From an uncultured Colwellia sp. (GTDB lineage Bacteria; Pseudomonadota; Gammaproteobacteria; Enterobacterales; Alteromonadaceae): a stretch of DNA of 64,000 nucleotides. How positions within the stretch are numbered: the stretch's first letter is position 1; the number at the start of each line of letters is the position of its first letter. The DNA is taken from assembly GCA_913057925.1 (NCBI GenBank), contig CAJXPG010000002.1, forward strand, positions 5,387 to 69,386, written 5' to 3'. Positions 1 through 10,635 of this stretch are shown piece after piece. The translations under genes and the position numbers were made by a program. The notes beneath the pieces were generated by a model that saw only the letters and a program-made list of their open reading frames with translations, was not told the DNA's origin and searched no databases.

Positions 1-623
1 GGTGAACACACACCTTTTTGTGCACTATAAAAGCTTGGTTTGTCATTGATAGGGTAGAAGGCAATACAACCATGAAGATCCATACTATGAAAATATGAAA
101 AAACTTCATCTCTAATTTGTTCATAAGTAAAGCAGTGGTTGAGTTTAGAGGTCAGTTGCATACAGCTGCCATATTTAGAAGCCTGAGCCATAGAGACATT
201 GATGACATTATTCTTTGATTTTATTTCATCTTCAAAATCATGAATCTTATCCTGATAAACAATTAATTTATCAAGTTTAGAATGCAACGCTAATAACGAG
301 AAGGGCTTTGCTAAAAAGTCATCTGCTCCACATTCAAGCCCTTTTAAAATAGCTTCTTCACTCGCCATGCCCGAATATAAAACAAATGATGTTGGGGCTT
401 CGGCTTTACCTTGCTGTAATTTAATCCAATCAGAGCCTTTATCACTACCAATATTTTCATCAACTAATGCAATATCAAAAGTAATATTCTCTTTTAGGAG
501 GTCTTCAGCCACAGTAATATTACTTGCGCATTTTACTTCAAAAACATCGCTTAAACTCTCAGCAAGTAGCTTTAAGTAATCTATGTCATCATCAATAATT
601 AAAAGATTGTGCTTTATCATCAT
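1..623 (-). CDS. Response regulator (REC domain plus uncharacterised C-terminal region), truncated by window start; not in ORF track
   Basis: Manual translation from ATG at 623 (AAGGA upstream): MMIKHNLLIIDDDIDYLKLL...DIALVDENI...GADDFLAKPF, open to base 1. Confidence 0.85.
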   Translation of the reverse strand, partial: MMIKHNLLIIDDDIDYLKLLAESLSDVFEVKCASNITVAEDLLKENITFDIALVDENIGSDKGSDWIKLQQGKAEAPTSFVLYSGMASEEAILKGLECGADDFLAKPFSLLALHSKLDKLIVYQDKIHDFEDEIKSKNNVINVSMAQASKYGSCMQLTSKLNHCFTYEQIRDEVFSYFHSMDLHGCIAFYPINDKPSFYSAQKGVCS

Positions 624-653
624 AATTCCTTTTTGTAGCTGCGATATTGAGAG

Positions 654-2399
654 TTAATCATGCCAAATATAACTAGCGGTCACAGATGTCCCATGCTCTA
701 GATACTCCAACGTATCGCAAAGTTGATTTACTAACTCAACCCCTCGACCGCTCAACTTAATTCCATCATTCTCGGCAATATTGTTTCTCTTCATAACATC
801 GACAATATCAAAGCCCTTGCCACTATCTTTTATATTAATGATCATTTTTCCACCATGAGATAATGGAAAGTACTCTAACGTTATCCTAACAAAGTTATCA
901 GGTGAGTTTATGGTGTTAACAGCTAAATTATCCAAACGCTTTGCACGCTCATTAAAATACTGACTAAAGCCTTCAGCAGAGTCTTTTAATGATGAATTTA
1001 ATTGTAAAACACCATGGTCTAACGCATTAACAAACAGCTCTGTTAATATAGTATATAAACTCTGCCAATGCTCACCGGCTCCTTCTATGTCATTAATTTG
1101 ATTCATAACTAACGGTATTGGATTAACCGTTTTGAGTAATTTTCCTGTCAGATGCAAGTGATAAGACCAAGTAGGTAAATAAGTTTGTTCATCATCTATA
1201 AGGCTTTCATTAAGAATAAGGTGTTCAGGTGAAGTCTTATTGTTAAACTCTATTTTCTGCCATCCACTACAAGGGACATCAACCAAAGATATATCATCCT
1301 CTTGCTCGCAGTGTTGACAAAAATCATCAAGACTATTTAAAACCTTATTGACCAACTGGTTCTGTTTTATCCCAGCTATTGCTGCATTTTCAAAGCGTGG
1401 GAATCCATAAAGCTCCCCTTCTGGGTTTCTTGCTTCAACGATACCATCAGTGATAAATACTAACCTGTCTCCTGAATATATCTGCACAACTTCAAGTTGG
1501 GTATCGGGTAATAATTGCGGCAATATACCTAAAGGTGGATGGCTTGAGCTAAATTGTTTCTTAATTTCCCCTTCGCCATTAAATAGGTAACCTTCAGGTA
1601 AACCTGCATTAAAGATATAAGCAGATCTTTCATGATCAGAAATACAGGCAAAACTTGCAGCAAAAAATAAATCACCAGGTAACAAGGTATGTAATTGTTT
1701 ATTTAATTGTGAAACAATCTCCAGGATTGAAAAACCTTTATTAGTCATTGCTCGAAAGGTTTCAGTGACCGGTATTGCACCAATAGAAGAACGAAGACCA
1801 TGACCGGTAAAGTCACCAAGTAATACGTGAATATTACCATTGGGACACAATGCACTTAATTGTATGTCACCACTAAAAATAGTCGCTGCTTTTTTGATAA
1901 CACCAATTTTATCTAAACCATAATTTCTCGCCTCTATAACCCCCGACATCATTTTTTCGGCAAGTTCAGCATCATTTTGTTGCTCTTGTTGGAGCCCTTT
2001 AACTTGCTCAACAAGATCACTGATTCGTTGTATTGCTTTTATTTTGGCCTTGAACACTTGAGGTGAAAACGGCCTGACAAGAATGCTATCACCGCCCGCT
2101 TCCACACTTTCAATAAAAGCTTGCTCATTGTCCATGCTGGTAATAAAAATTAGTGGCGCTAAATTACCAGCCCCAGATAATTGTTTTATCCGTCTAGTTG
2201 CTTCAAAGCCATCCATGATCGGCATATTAATGTCCATTAAGACGAGATCAGGTTGGTGTTCAATATACATTTGAACACCACTTGCTCCATCATTTGCTAC
2301 GACGACTTGGTAATTTTCTTCCTGAAGCAAAACAGATAGCAATTTACATTGCATTTTTGAGTCATCAACAATAAGCGCAAGTTTATGGCTGTTAGGCAT
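654..2399 (-). CDS. REC-PP2C(SpoIIE)-RsbW-like HATPase partner-switching regulator (HsbR/VCA1086-like)
   Basis: REC (LIVDD, LMDINMP, RPF), PP2C motifs (SGD, LGDFTGHG, FITDG, EDDIS), C-terminal ELFVNALDHG...DSGKGF...SGRG. Confidence 0.85.
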   Translation of the reverse strand: MPNSHKLALIVDDSKMQCKLLSVLLQEENYQVVVANDGASGVQMYIEHQPDLVLMDINMPIMDGFEATRRIKQLSGAGNLAPLIFITSMDNEQAFIESVEAGGDSILVRPFSPQVFKAKIKAIQRISDLVEQVKGLQQEQQNDAELAEKMMSGVIEARNYGLDKIGVIKKAATIFSGDIQLSALCPNGNIHVLLGDFTGHGLRSSIGAIPVTETFRAMTNKGFSILEIVSQLNKQLHTLLPGDLFFAASFACISDHERSAYIFNAGLPEGYLFNGEGEIKKQFSSSHPPLGILPQLLPDTQLEVVQIYSGDRLVFITDGIVEARNPEGELYGFPRFENAAIAGIKQNQLVNKVLNSLDDFCQHCEQEDDISLVDVPCSGWQKIEFNNKTSPEHLILNESLIDDEQTYLPTWSYHLHLTGKLLKTVNPIPLVMNQINDIEGAGEHWQSLYTILTELFVNALDHGVLQLNSSLKDSAEGFSQYFNERAKRLDNLAVNTINSPDNFVRITLEYFPLSHGGKMIINIKDSGKGFDIVDVMKRNNIAENDGIKLSGRGVELVNQLCDTLEYLEHGTSVTASYIWHD

Positions 2400-2447
2400 A
2401 ATACGTCCTAGAATTTTTTAACTACTCAAGGCACCTAAAGAGGTAAC

Positions 2448-2753
2448 CTACTCAATAGTCATTAACCGTTGAAATTGGGCAATTTCTAAGATTTTTCTCA
2501 CCGTAGCACTTGGCTTTGAAATAATGAGATCCCCTGAGTACAAATGTACATGATCTTTTAATAGTAAAATCATCCCCAATGCTGAGCTATCCATATATTC
2601 TGTTTTACTTAAGTCGAGAATATAGGTTAGTCCTTTTAATCTTTCATTATTATAAGCATCGCGAAACTGCTGATGTGAAGAGAAATCGAAGCGTTCATTA
2701 ATACTTATAACCATTTGTTTATTATCTGAAGATAGCCTGCTACTGACTGTCAT
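2448..2753 (-). CDS. STAS anti-sigma factor antagonist (HsbA-like)
   Basis: 101 aa; DLSKTEYMDSSALGMIL motif with phospho-acceptor Ser. Confidence 0.9.
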   Translation of the reverse strand: MTVSSRLSSDNKQMVISINERFDFSSHQQFRDAYNNERLKGLTYILDLSKTEYMDSSALGMILLLKDHVHLYSGDLIISKPSATVRKILEIAQFQRLMTIE

Positions 2754-2778
2754 AATCTCTTTCCTTATCGTTTAATCA

Positions 2779-3969
2779 TTAAAATAGTTCAACTTCACCT
2801 TCATCCATGCTGATTTGTTTAACGCTACGAATATCTTCTGCTTGTTGAGTTTGTTGATAAACTTGCTGACAAGTTTCTTTCAAATTTACTAATTGATCAT
2901 GCACGCCAATGCTAGGGTTTTTAACAAAAGTAGCTAAAACATCACTGATTTCATGAAGACTGGCGACATTCATCTGTAAAGATTCTAAGGATTGACGAGT
3001 TAAATCTTCAAACTGTAATGATCTGACTCCAAGACTGACTGCATCGGTAATTTTTGGTGCGATAATAGCGAGCTCTTCTACACTCTCGTTTGATTGATGA
3101 TTTACATGCTCAACATGTCCCATCATTACAGTCATTTTGTCTTTTGCTTCTAGAGTAGACGTCATATCAGCAGATGCCATTATTTCTACAGAATTTCTAA
3201 GTTTAGAGATAATTTCTTTTGCATTATTTATTTCCTTGCGAATATCTTCATTAAGCTCTGTAGACCCGACAGATAAGCTACGGACTTCATTTGCAACCAC
3301 AGCAAAACCTCTTCCAGCCTCACCCGCTCGCGCAGCTTCTATCGCAGCATTTAATGCTAGTAAATTCGTTTGACTGGCTAAGCCTTCCACTTGAGACAAT
3401 AATTTAAATATACTATCAAATTGTGTCACCATATCATCAGTATAAGCCATCGTTTCAAGACTTTGCTTACTCGTGTTGATAATGACACCAACAAATTCAT
3501 CTAATGTTTTATTTGAGTCAACGACAAAGCTTTCTAATGAAGTGCCACTTTCATCCTCCATACTACCGGATTGCGTAATTAGTAACTGGATCATTTGCTG
3601 TTGTTCATCACTTAAGCCTTGAAGGTATTTAAAACTGTCAGATATTCCTGTAACAGCATCAGAAACTAAGGTCTTTGTTCGCCCTAATTCTTTTTCTACA
3701 ATGTTAACTTCCTGGTGAATGAACTGTTGTAACTCAAAGATAACACTATGAATTAACTCATCATCAACAGTAGACATTTCTGTCAATTGCTCTACGCTTC
3801 TTTTGCCTGGTGATACTTTATTTAATGAATAAATGCTAAAAACTATACTTACTATAAGTCCTAACAGAGATATGATGAATATAGTGCTGTTTTCAAATAA
3901 CATGAAGTTAAGAAGTTGCACTAAGCACAAAGCACTAGCCAAAAAAAGAACATTGGTAACTCTGCTCAT
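2779..3969 (-). CDS. Methyl-accepting chemotaxis protein with N-terminal hydrophobic hairpin and no obvious sensor domain (VCA1088-like position)
   Basis: [31 protein letters not shown] signature; two adjacent hydrophobic segments at N-terminus. Confidence 0.9.
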   Translation of the reverse strand: MSRVTNVLFLASALCLVQLLNFMLFENSTIFIISLLGLIVSIVFSIYSLNKVSPGKRSVEQLTEMSTVDDELIHSVIFELQQFIHQEVNIVEKELGRTKTLVSDAVTGISDSFKYLQGLSDEQQQMIQLLITQSGSMEDESGTSLESFVVDSNKTLDEFVGVIINTSKQSLETMAYTDDMVTQFDSIFKLLSQVEGLASQTNLLALNAAIEAARAGEAGRGFAVVANEVRSLSVGSTELNEDIRKEINNAKEIISKLRNSVEIMASADMTSTLEAKDKMTVMMGHVEHVNHQSNESVEELAIIAPKITDAVSLGVRSLQFEDLTRQSLESLQMNVASLHEISDVLATFVKNPSIGVHDQLVNLKETCQQVYQQTQQAEDIRSVKQISMDEGEVELF

Positions 3970-5096
3970 AAAGCACCCTCAATATCACTTTGTTCCAAGA
4001 CATCTTGCATCTCAATCCTTTTTAAAGACGCGTATTGTAATATGGCCTTGCTAATTGACATCAAAGGCATTTGTGCTGTGTGAGCGGAAATTGCATGCGC
4101 TCTACCCGGCATTCCCCAGATAAGACTTGAGCTTTTATCTTGAATTATAGTTCGCGCACCAAGTTCTTTTAAACGCAACATTCCATGTGCACCATCTTGC
4201 CCCATGCCTGTTAGTAGAACAGCCTGAACGTTATCAGCGATATCATTTAAAGAATCAAACAAAACATCAACCGCAGGTTTATGACGGTTAACCTCTGGGC
4301 CATCACTTAACGTACAAAATAACGCACCATTTTTATGAACAACCTCTAAGTGCTTATCTCCAGGTGCAATATAAACATGACCTTCTTTAATCTTTTGACC
4401 ATGACTTGCCTCATGCACGGTAACTTGACAATTTTCATTTAAACGTTGCGCAAATCGATAGCTAAAAGTTTTAGGGATATGTTGGGTAATAACAATTGCT
4501 GGTGAATTACTAGGCAACGTCTCTAACAGTTTTTTTATCGCCTCTGTGCCACCGGTTGATGCACCAACTGCAACAAGATGATTGGAGCGTTTTATCCCAG
4601 TAAAGCTTAAAATGTTAGTTCTTTCAGTGGAAACTTTTTTTGTCGCAAGGGTATCAGACAGCTTAAAATTCTTTTGATCAACCGTAACTGCTTGCATTAC
4701 CTTTTCAATCAGGACCTCTTTAAAGCTTGACCTTGTTGCAATCAGCTCTTGGACCGTTGGTTTTGCGATAAAATCTAATGCGCCAAGCTCTAATGCTTGT
4801 AAAGTGATATCAGCGCCTTTGGTTGTTAATGTTGATAACATAATTACCGGCATAGGGCGCAGACGCATTAAGTTAGTAAGGAAAGTAATGCCGTCCATTT
4901 TTGGCATTTCAACATCTAAGGTTAAAACATCTGGATTCAGTTTTTTGATAAGCTCTCTTGCAACTAACGGGTCTTCTGCTTCACCTACCACTTCAATAGC
5001 ATCGCTATGACTTAATGCTTCTTTAATGATATTACGAATTACAGAAGAGTCATCAACAATCAGTACTTTGATTAAATCCATATTAATGCTCTCCAA
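3966..5096 (-). CDS. cheB: Chemotaxis methylesterase CheB (REC plus esterase)
   Basis: GASTGG, QHIP and LTGMGQDG catalytic motifs; N-terminal REC. Confidence 0.95.
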   Translation of the reverse strand: MESINMDLIKVLIVDDSSVIRNIIKEALSHSDAIEVVGEAEDPLVARELIKKLNPDVLTLDVEMPKMDGITFLTNLMRLRPMPVIMLSTLTTKGADITLQALELGALDFIAKPTVQELIATRSSFKEVLIEKVMQAVTVDQKNFKLSDTLATKKVSTERTNILSFTGIKRSNHLVAVGASTGGTEAIKKLLETLPSNSPAIVITQHIPKTFSYRFAQRLNENCQVTVHEASHGQKIKEGHVYIAPGDKHLEVVHKNGALFCTLSDGPEVNRHKPAVDVLFDSLNDIADNVQAVLLTGMGQDGAHGMLRLKELGARTIIQDKSSSLIWGMPGRAHAISAHTAQMPLMSISKAILQYASLKRIEMQDVLEQSDIEGAL

Positions 5097-5107
5097 ATCT
5101 GAGGTTT

Positions 5108-5788
5108 TTAAAACAGTTCAACATCACCACTAACCTCTTTCTTGTATATTTTATTGCTATAATCACTTTCTCGTTTGATGATCGTATCATTGTGCAAGTT
5201 ATCTAACCGTTTGATAAAAGCGCGACCACTACCAGGTTCGAATATCACTTTTCTTGGGTAAATATCACCAATGTCACTACTTTCAATAATGATTTCTTCT
5301 TGCTCTAAATAAGCTAGAGCAAAATCAATATTTTTTTGTCCTACATCAGACATTTGGTTAAGCACCTTAGCACCACCAAAAAGCTTAGCTCTTAAATTAA
5401 CTTTCCTACCACCGCACCTTAAAATACAGTTAATAAGGTGTTCCATAGCAAAGTTACCATAGCGTGTTGCATCTGCAGTCTTCTCTCGGCTTCCCCAATT
5501 TACTTCATGTGCGTCTTTATTGGTGATCGGTAACATAAAATGGTTCATGCCACCGACATTACTTCTCTCATCCCAAATACATGCAGAAATACATGAGCCT
5601 AATGTTGTTGCAATAGCAACATTTTGTGTAGTCATATAAAATTCACCAGGTAATATTTTAGCAACCACCATATCCCTCTGTTTATCCCAATAGTGGTTAA
5701 CTTGCACAAACTCTGGCTGGCATTGGGTTAAATATTTTGATAATTCTGGGTGATTATTTCTTAACACAAAATTTCCTTTTGAAAGCAA
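5108..5788 (-). CDS. cheD: Chemoreceptor glutamine deamidase CheD
   Basis: ILPGEFY, TTLGSCISAC, GGMNHFMLP, KLFGGA motifs; TTG start uncertain. Confidence 0.93.
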   Translation of the reverse strand: MLSKGNFVLRNNHPELSKYLTQCQPEFVQVNHYWDKQRDMVVAKILPGEFYMTTQNVAIATTLGSCISACIWDERSNVGGMNHFMLPITNKDAHEVNWGSREKTADATRYGNFAMEHLINCILRCGGRKVNLRAKLFGGAKVLNQMSDVGQKNIDFALAYLEQEEIIIESSDIGDIYPRKVIFEPGSGRAFIKRLDNLHNDTIIKRESDYSNKIYKKEVSGDVELF

Positions 5789-5790
5789 AG

Positions 5791-6702
5791 CTAATAAGGC
5801 TTTCTAAAAATTGTTCTACCAACATTGCTAAAATACTGCTGATAATTCCCTAAATTTTCACTATGCCCTAAAAAGAGTAAACCTCCCGGGGTTAGCATTT
5901 CATAGTATCGAGCAAACAGCTCTTGTTGGGTTTTCTTATCGAAATAAATAATAACATTACGGCAAAAAATCACGTCAAATGGGCCTTTCATTGGCCATTC
6001 ATGAAGTAAATTCAATTGTTTAAAAGTTATCAGCTCCTTTAAATTATCATTAACCTTTACACTCTGACTGCTTTTGCCACAACCTTGAAAAAAGTAATCC
6101 TGTTTCACTTTTTGTGGTAGTTCTTCAATTCGCCCAATATCATAGATCCCAGCCTTACCTTTTGCTAAAACATCGCTATCTATATCTGTTGCTAATATTT
6201 TCATATCCCATTGAGATGATTCAGCTTTCATAGTATTCAATAAAGTAATGGCTATACTATATGGCTCTTCACCTGTTGAACTAGCCGAAGACCATATCCT
6301 TAAACGCTTCTTACCATTTGCTAAAACTTTTTTATTCTCAATAATCCTAGGCAACTCTTCTTTACTCAAGAAGTCAAAATGATGATTTTCACGAAAAAAG
6401 CTTGTTAAGTTTGTGGTTATGGCATTAATAAAGAAATCTTTTTCATGCTCGGGTTGATCCTTAAGTAACTGGCAATAAGCAGAAAATGATTTCAGCTTCC
6501 TTTCTCGAATGATGCGTGTTAAACGGCGGTATAACATTTCACGTTTACTGTCATTCAGTACGATACCTGTATTGTCATAAACAAACTGACAAATAAACTT
6601 AAAATCCTTTTCTGTGAGTCGCATCGCATTTTCCCTTTGTGCGTTACGGCTTTGATGACCTCGCATATCATTTGCACCTCCTTTTAGCTCAGTCATCAAC
6701 AC
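5791..6702 (-). CDS. cheR: Chemotaxis methyltransferase CheR
   Basis: TTNLTSFFRE, RIWSSASSTGEEPYSIA, FDVIFCRNVIIYF, GHSE. Confidence 0.96.
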   Translation of the reverse strand: MLMTELKGGANDMRGHQSRNAQRENAMRLTEKDFKFICQFVYDNTGIVLNDSKREMLYRRLTRIIRERKLKSFSAYCQLLKDQPEHEKDFFINAITTNLTSFFRENHHFDFLSKEELPRIIENKKVLANGKKRLRIWSSASSTGEEPYSIAITLLNTMKAESSQWDMKILATDIDSDVLAKGKAGIYDIGRIEELPQKVKQDYFFQGCGKSSQSVKVNDNLKELITFKQLNLLHEWPMKGPFDVIFCRNVIIYFDKKTQQELFARYYEMLTPGGLLFLGHSENLGNYQQYFSNVGRTIFRKPY

Positions 6703-6750
6703 AGTCTCCTAATTAATTTAAACACACTATTCCTTTATTCTAATCAGGGG

Positions 6751-9700
6751 TTAAAACTCTTCCCATTCTTGATCTACCAGCGTACTCGGACGTTTAGTGC
6801 CGCGAACAGGTTTAGGCGTAACCGCAGGGCTAAAGTTTGACGAATTTTTCGCGGGTGCTTGTCTTGGCGCCGAGCGATTAGGACGCTGTACAGCAACAGC
6901 TTGCTCAACATTTTCACCATTATTGAAAAAGGCAACTTGATCTAGCAATGACTGAGATTGTTCTTCCATCGACTTACTCGACGCAGCGGCTTCCTCAACC
7001 AAAGCAGCATTTTGTTGCGTCATTTCATCCATTTGACTTACGGCTGCACTCACCTCTCCTATTCCCGCAGATTGTTCTTTACCTGCACTGTCAATATCAC
7101 CAATCATCTTACTAACATCTTCAATGGCGGTAACTAAGTCGCTAAAGGTTTGCCCGGTTTCATCTACTAACTTAGTGCCTTGTCCAACCGCTTCAACACT
7201 GTCATTTATTAAACCTTTAATTTCTTTAGCAGCACCTGCTGATCGTTGAGCTAAATTTCTCACTTCTGCTGCAACAACGGCAAAGCCTCGACCTTGCTCG
7301 CCAGCTCGTGCTGCTTCAACCGCAGCATTGAGTGCAAGTAGATTAGTTTGGAAAGCAATTTCATCGATAACACTAATAATATCGGCAATTTTCTTGCTCG
7401 ATTTATTGATATCACTCATTGCGGTAATAGCATTCCTAACCACAGCACCACCATTACTGGCTTTATCCATAACCGAGTTAGATAATTTACTGGCTTCTGT
7501 GGTGTTTTCAGCGTTTTGTTGTACTGTGCTCGTTAACTCTTCCATAGCTGACGCTGTTTCTTCTAAGCTAGATGCTTGAGACTCGGTGCGATGACTTAGC
7601 TCATTGTTACCCGATGCTATTTCTTTTGCAGAATCGAAAACATTGGTTGAAGCATTACGAATTTCTTCAACCATGTTACTTAAATTATCAATAGAGCCAT
7701 TCATTGCATTCGCTAGTGCAAGGAATTCACCACCGTAATCATTTCTCATGCTTTGTGTTAAGTCACCATCGGCGAGCGCTTGGGCAATATTAATGGCATC
7801 ATTTATGGGTGCTACAATCGAGTCCATTAGGCTATTAATATTATTGCCTAATTCTTTCATAAAGCCTTGGTATTCTTCTGTTTCTATGCGGCTATCTAAC
7901 TTACCTGAAATGGCGTCGGTAATTAAATTATCTATTTGTGATTGAGCATCTCTTTCTTCAGTTAAATCAACCCATTGCACCGCCGTACCAACATGATTAC
8001 CCTCTTCGTCCCTCAGTGCTATGGCAATTAACTGAAATGTTAAGCCAACTACAGATATCTCTGTGGTGTAAGGAAGATTGTCAGGATTACCTAACAGATT
8101 CTGTTGATGTGCAGGGTTTTTATGGAAGGTATCAAAATTAGTCCCTACCATGGTATCGACACTAAACGAAGGTAACGCTGTGCGTAGTTTTGCCTCTCTA
8201 CGGCGTAACATGGTTTGTACTGCTGGGTTGGCATAAACTATATTACCTTGAGTATCAGCCATCATAAGATTGGTTGTCATTCCTTCTACCGCTGAAGTTA
8301 ATCGGCCTACTTCCACCGACTTCTCCCTTGCTGCGGTAACATCTTGCCATTCTAAGGCGTTACCAATATATCCACCGCTAGCATCCAAAATAGCGGTAAC
8401 ATTTAGTTCAAACGATAAATGCTTAATTTGGATATCGGTCTTATAAGGTAAGTTATTTGGGTCACTTAGTAACTTACGTTGATGGGCTGGGTTTTTATGG
8501 AAACTGTCAATGTTGGTGCCAATAATCACATCAGGGTCAGCTTTAAATCCTGGCCAATTCTCAGCAAAGGTGGCTTCATGCTCTTTCAATAAGGCCAGCG
8601 TCGAAGCATTGGCATAGGTAATATTAAAGTCTCTATCGATCATAATATTAGCGGTAGCTGATTGGTCAATAGCACCTTGTAGTTGAGCTGATTTGTTTTC
8701 TTGTGCACGCGCTTCAGTAACATCTTGCCACTCTAATGCGTTACCTATGTATTCGCCGTTAGCGTCTAAAATTGCGGTAACGTTGAGTTCAAACGATAAA
8801 TGTTTAATTTGGATATCGGTCTTATAAGGTAAATTATTTGGGTCATCGAGTAATTTACGTTGATGGGCTGGGTTTTTATGGAAGCTGTCAATGTTAGTAC
8901 CAATAATCACTTCAGGTTCGGCTTTAAAACCAGGCCAATTATCAGCAAATGTTGCTTCGTGTTCCTTCAGCAGTGCCAAAGTTGCAGCATTAGCATAAGT
9001 AATATTAAAATCTCTATCGATCATGATATTAGCTGTGCCAGATTGATCTATCGCTCCTTGTAGTTGAGCTGATTTGTTTTCTTGTGCTCGCACTTCAGTA
9101 ACATCTTGCCACTCTAGTGCATTCCCAATGTATTCGCCTTGAGAATCCAACGTAGCACTGACATTTAATTCAAAGGTTAAATGGGCAATTTGAATATCGG
9201 TTTTGTATGGCAGATTGTTTTGGTCGGCAAGTAACATGCGTTGATGTGCCGGGTTTTTATGAAAACTATCTATGTTAGATGACAGTAATGCTGCTTTGTC
9301 GGCTTTAAAGCCTGGCCATTTTTGTACAAAGGTCTCTTCATGTTGCTCTAACAATTTGAGCGTTGCATCGTTTGCATAAGTTACATTGAAATCTCTATCA
9401 ATCATCATAAATGCTGTCGATGATTGATCTAGTGCGCCTTGTAATTGTATTGCCAAATCATCCTGTTTCTTATTTTGAACCTTACTCTTATCCATGTTCT
9501 TTCCTTTTGAGGACTGGGATGGTGCGACATTATTTGCTGCATCAATCATTGTTGTTGATAAGGTTTGATAAACTGCTACCCAAGCTTTTTTAACAGGTGC
9601 TGTAAACTCTTTACCTAAGCCTTGTGCCAATGTTTTAAGTAACGCGGCACCAACTGTATCGTAATGCTCTGGCTTGGTACCATACTCTACATGCTTGGCG

Positions 9701-9933
9701 CCGAGCTTTTGAACCGCTGGAATTAACTTATCTGGGTTATCAAGTAATTTGACAGCTGTATCAAGCATAGCCATCAATTTTTTACCTTGTTCTGTAACAT
9801 CTTCAGGAAATAGGGCTTTTAGTGAAGGGTCCATTTCAAACAAGGTGGTATAAAATATGTCTGCTGCTTGAGGTGCAATTGGTAACACTTTTTCCCAGCT
9901 TTGTTGCACTAAACTTATCTGTTTTGGTGTCAT
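6751..9933 (-). CDS. aer2: Soluble Aer2-type chemoreceptor: globin + 4 PAS-heme + HAMP region + MCP signalling domain, C-terminal EWEEF pentapeptide
   Basis: N-terminal 3/3 globin ([19 protein letters not shown]); four PAS repeats with FHKNPAHQ and (E/Q)W-D motifs; MCP signature; no transmembrane segment; position between cheW and cheR. Confidence 0.85.
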   Translation of the reverse strand: MTPKQISLVQQSWEKVLPIAPQAADIFYTTLFEMDPSLKALFPEDVTEQGKKLMAMLDTAVKLLDNPDKLIPAVQKLGAKHVEYGTKPEHYDTVGAALLKTLAQGLGKEFTAPVKKAWVAVYQTLSTTMIDAANNVAPSQSSKGKNMDKSKVQNKKQDDLAIQLQGALDQSSTAFMMIDRDFNVTYANDATLKLLEQHEETFVQKWPGFKADKAALLSSNIDSFHKNPAHQRMLLADQNNLPYKTDIQIAHLTFELNVSATLDSQGEYIGNALEWQDVTEVRAQENKSAQLQGAIDQSGTANIMIDRDFNITYANAATLALLKEHEATFADNWPGFKAEPEVIIGTNIDSFHKNPAHQRKLLDDPNNLPYKTDIQIKHLSFELNVTAILDANGEYIGNALEWQDVTEARAQENKSAQLQGAIDQSATANIMIDRDFNITYANASTLALLKEHEATFAENWPGFKADPDVIIGTNIDSFHKNPAHQRKLLSDPNNLPYKTDIQIKHLSFELNVTAILDASGGYIGNALEWQDVTAAREKSVEVGRLTSAVEGMTTNLMMADTQGNIVYANPAVQTMLRRREAKLRTALPSFSVDTMVGTNFDTFHKNPAHQQNLLGNPDNLPYTTEISVVGLTFQLIAIALRDEEGNHVGTAVQWVDLTEERDAQSQIDNLITDAISGKLDSRIETEEYQGFMKELGNNINSLMDSIVAPINDAINIAQALADGDLTQSMRNDYGGEFLALANAMNGSIDNLSNMVEEIRNASTNVFDSAKEIASGNNELSHRTESQASSLEETASAMEELTSTVQQNAENTTEASKLSNSVMDKASNGGAVVRNAITAMSDINKSSKKIADIISVIDEIAFQTNLLALNAAVEAARAGEQGRGFAVVAAEVRNLAQRSAGAAKEIKGLINDSVEAVGQGTKLVDETGQTFSDLVTAIEDVSKMIGDIDSAGKEQSAGIGEVSAAVSQMDEMTQQNAALVEEAAASSKSMEEQSQSLLDQVAFFNNGENVEQAVAVQRPNRSAPRQAPAKNSSNFSPAVTPKPVRGTKRPSTLVDQEWEEF
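7960..9483 (-). repeat. Four tandem intragenic PAS repeats, 381-bp period (outer boundaries approximate)
   Basis: ATCTTGCCA(C/T)TCTA anchor recurs at 8341, 8722 and 9103; middle two units nearly identical in protein, fourth more divergent. Confidence 0.9.
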
Positions 9934-10024
9934 AAGTTAATTTCCTGTGTTGTTATTTTTGAACTGTTTGGTATTTTCTTTCTTGCTTTATATCGTTATA
10001 TTTAAATGAAACCTGCGCTGTTTG

Positions 10025-10579
10025 TTATGCAGTTGAAATGCCAGTTACAGAGTTCGTTTGCATATCTTGAGCTTTAATATCGATATCAAGGTTACCTTCA
10101 CTATTGCCCTCACTGTTATTGCTGATGCAATATAAATCGTCTTCATTAAGTAATGAATCGCTATCTAAAAGAATGATTAGTTTATCTTCTACCGATGCTA
10201 AACCTTTTAAAAAACAGCTATCTATATTATTACCAAAGGCAGGTGCTTGACGTATGGACTTTTCGGAAAACTTATAGACTTCTGAAACCGCATCTACCAC
10301 TATACCGACAACCATGGTGCGAGATTGAGATTGTTGGCGTAATATGATGGTTACTGTTTGCTCATCATAATCGAGCGCCGAGTGGCCAAAGCGCATCCGT
10401 AAGTCAATGATTGGAATGATCACTCCCCTGAGGTTTATGACACCTTTTATATAGCCTGGTTTATTAGGCAACTCGGTTACTGAGCTCCATACACGAATTT
10501 CTTGTACGCATAAAATATCTACGCCATATTCTTCACCTTGAAGTAAGAAAGTAAGATATTCTTGTTCTGTTTCAGCCAT
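10025..10579 (-). CDS. cheW: CheW coupling protein (second copy)
   Basis: YLTFLL, YGVDILCVQEIR, GVINLRGVIIPIIDLR, GIVVDAVSEV. Confidence 0.95.
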   Translation of the reverse strand: MAETEQEYLTFLLQGEEYGVDILCVQEIRVWSSVTELPNKPGYIKGVINLRGVIIPIIDLRMRFGHSALDYDEQTVTIILRQQSQSRTMVVGIVVDAVSEVYKFSEKSIRQAPAFGNNIDSCFLKGLASVEDKLIILLDSDSLLNEDDLYCISNNSEGNSEGNLDIDIKAQDMQTNSVTGISTA

Positions 10580-10635
10580 GTTAATTTCCTATTAACCATT
10601 ACTCTTGTTGGGTGTTACTCAAGATAATTTAATCA

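Noticed and set aside
367-579. Plus-strand 70-aa ORF and the many other short antisense or alternate-frame ORFs in the track (e.g. 2083, 3137, 7328, 22707, 23109, 30030, 35307, 35853, 43618, 53541, 55739, 62251, 62662)
   Set aside because: They lie within well-supported genes, mostly antisense, show no recognisable motifs, and are typical shadow ORFs.
8341-9483. Regular direct repeats as a CRISPR array or mobile element
   Set aside because: The 381-bp in-frame coding repeats encode PAS domains; there are no spacers, cas genes or transposase.
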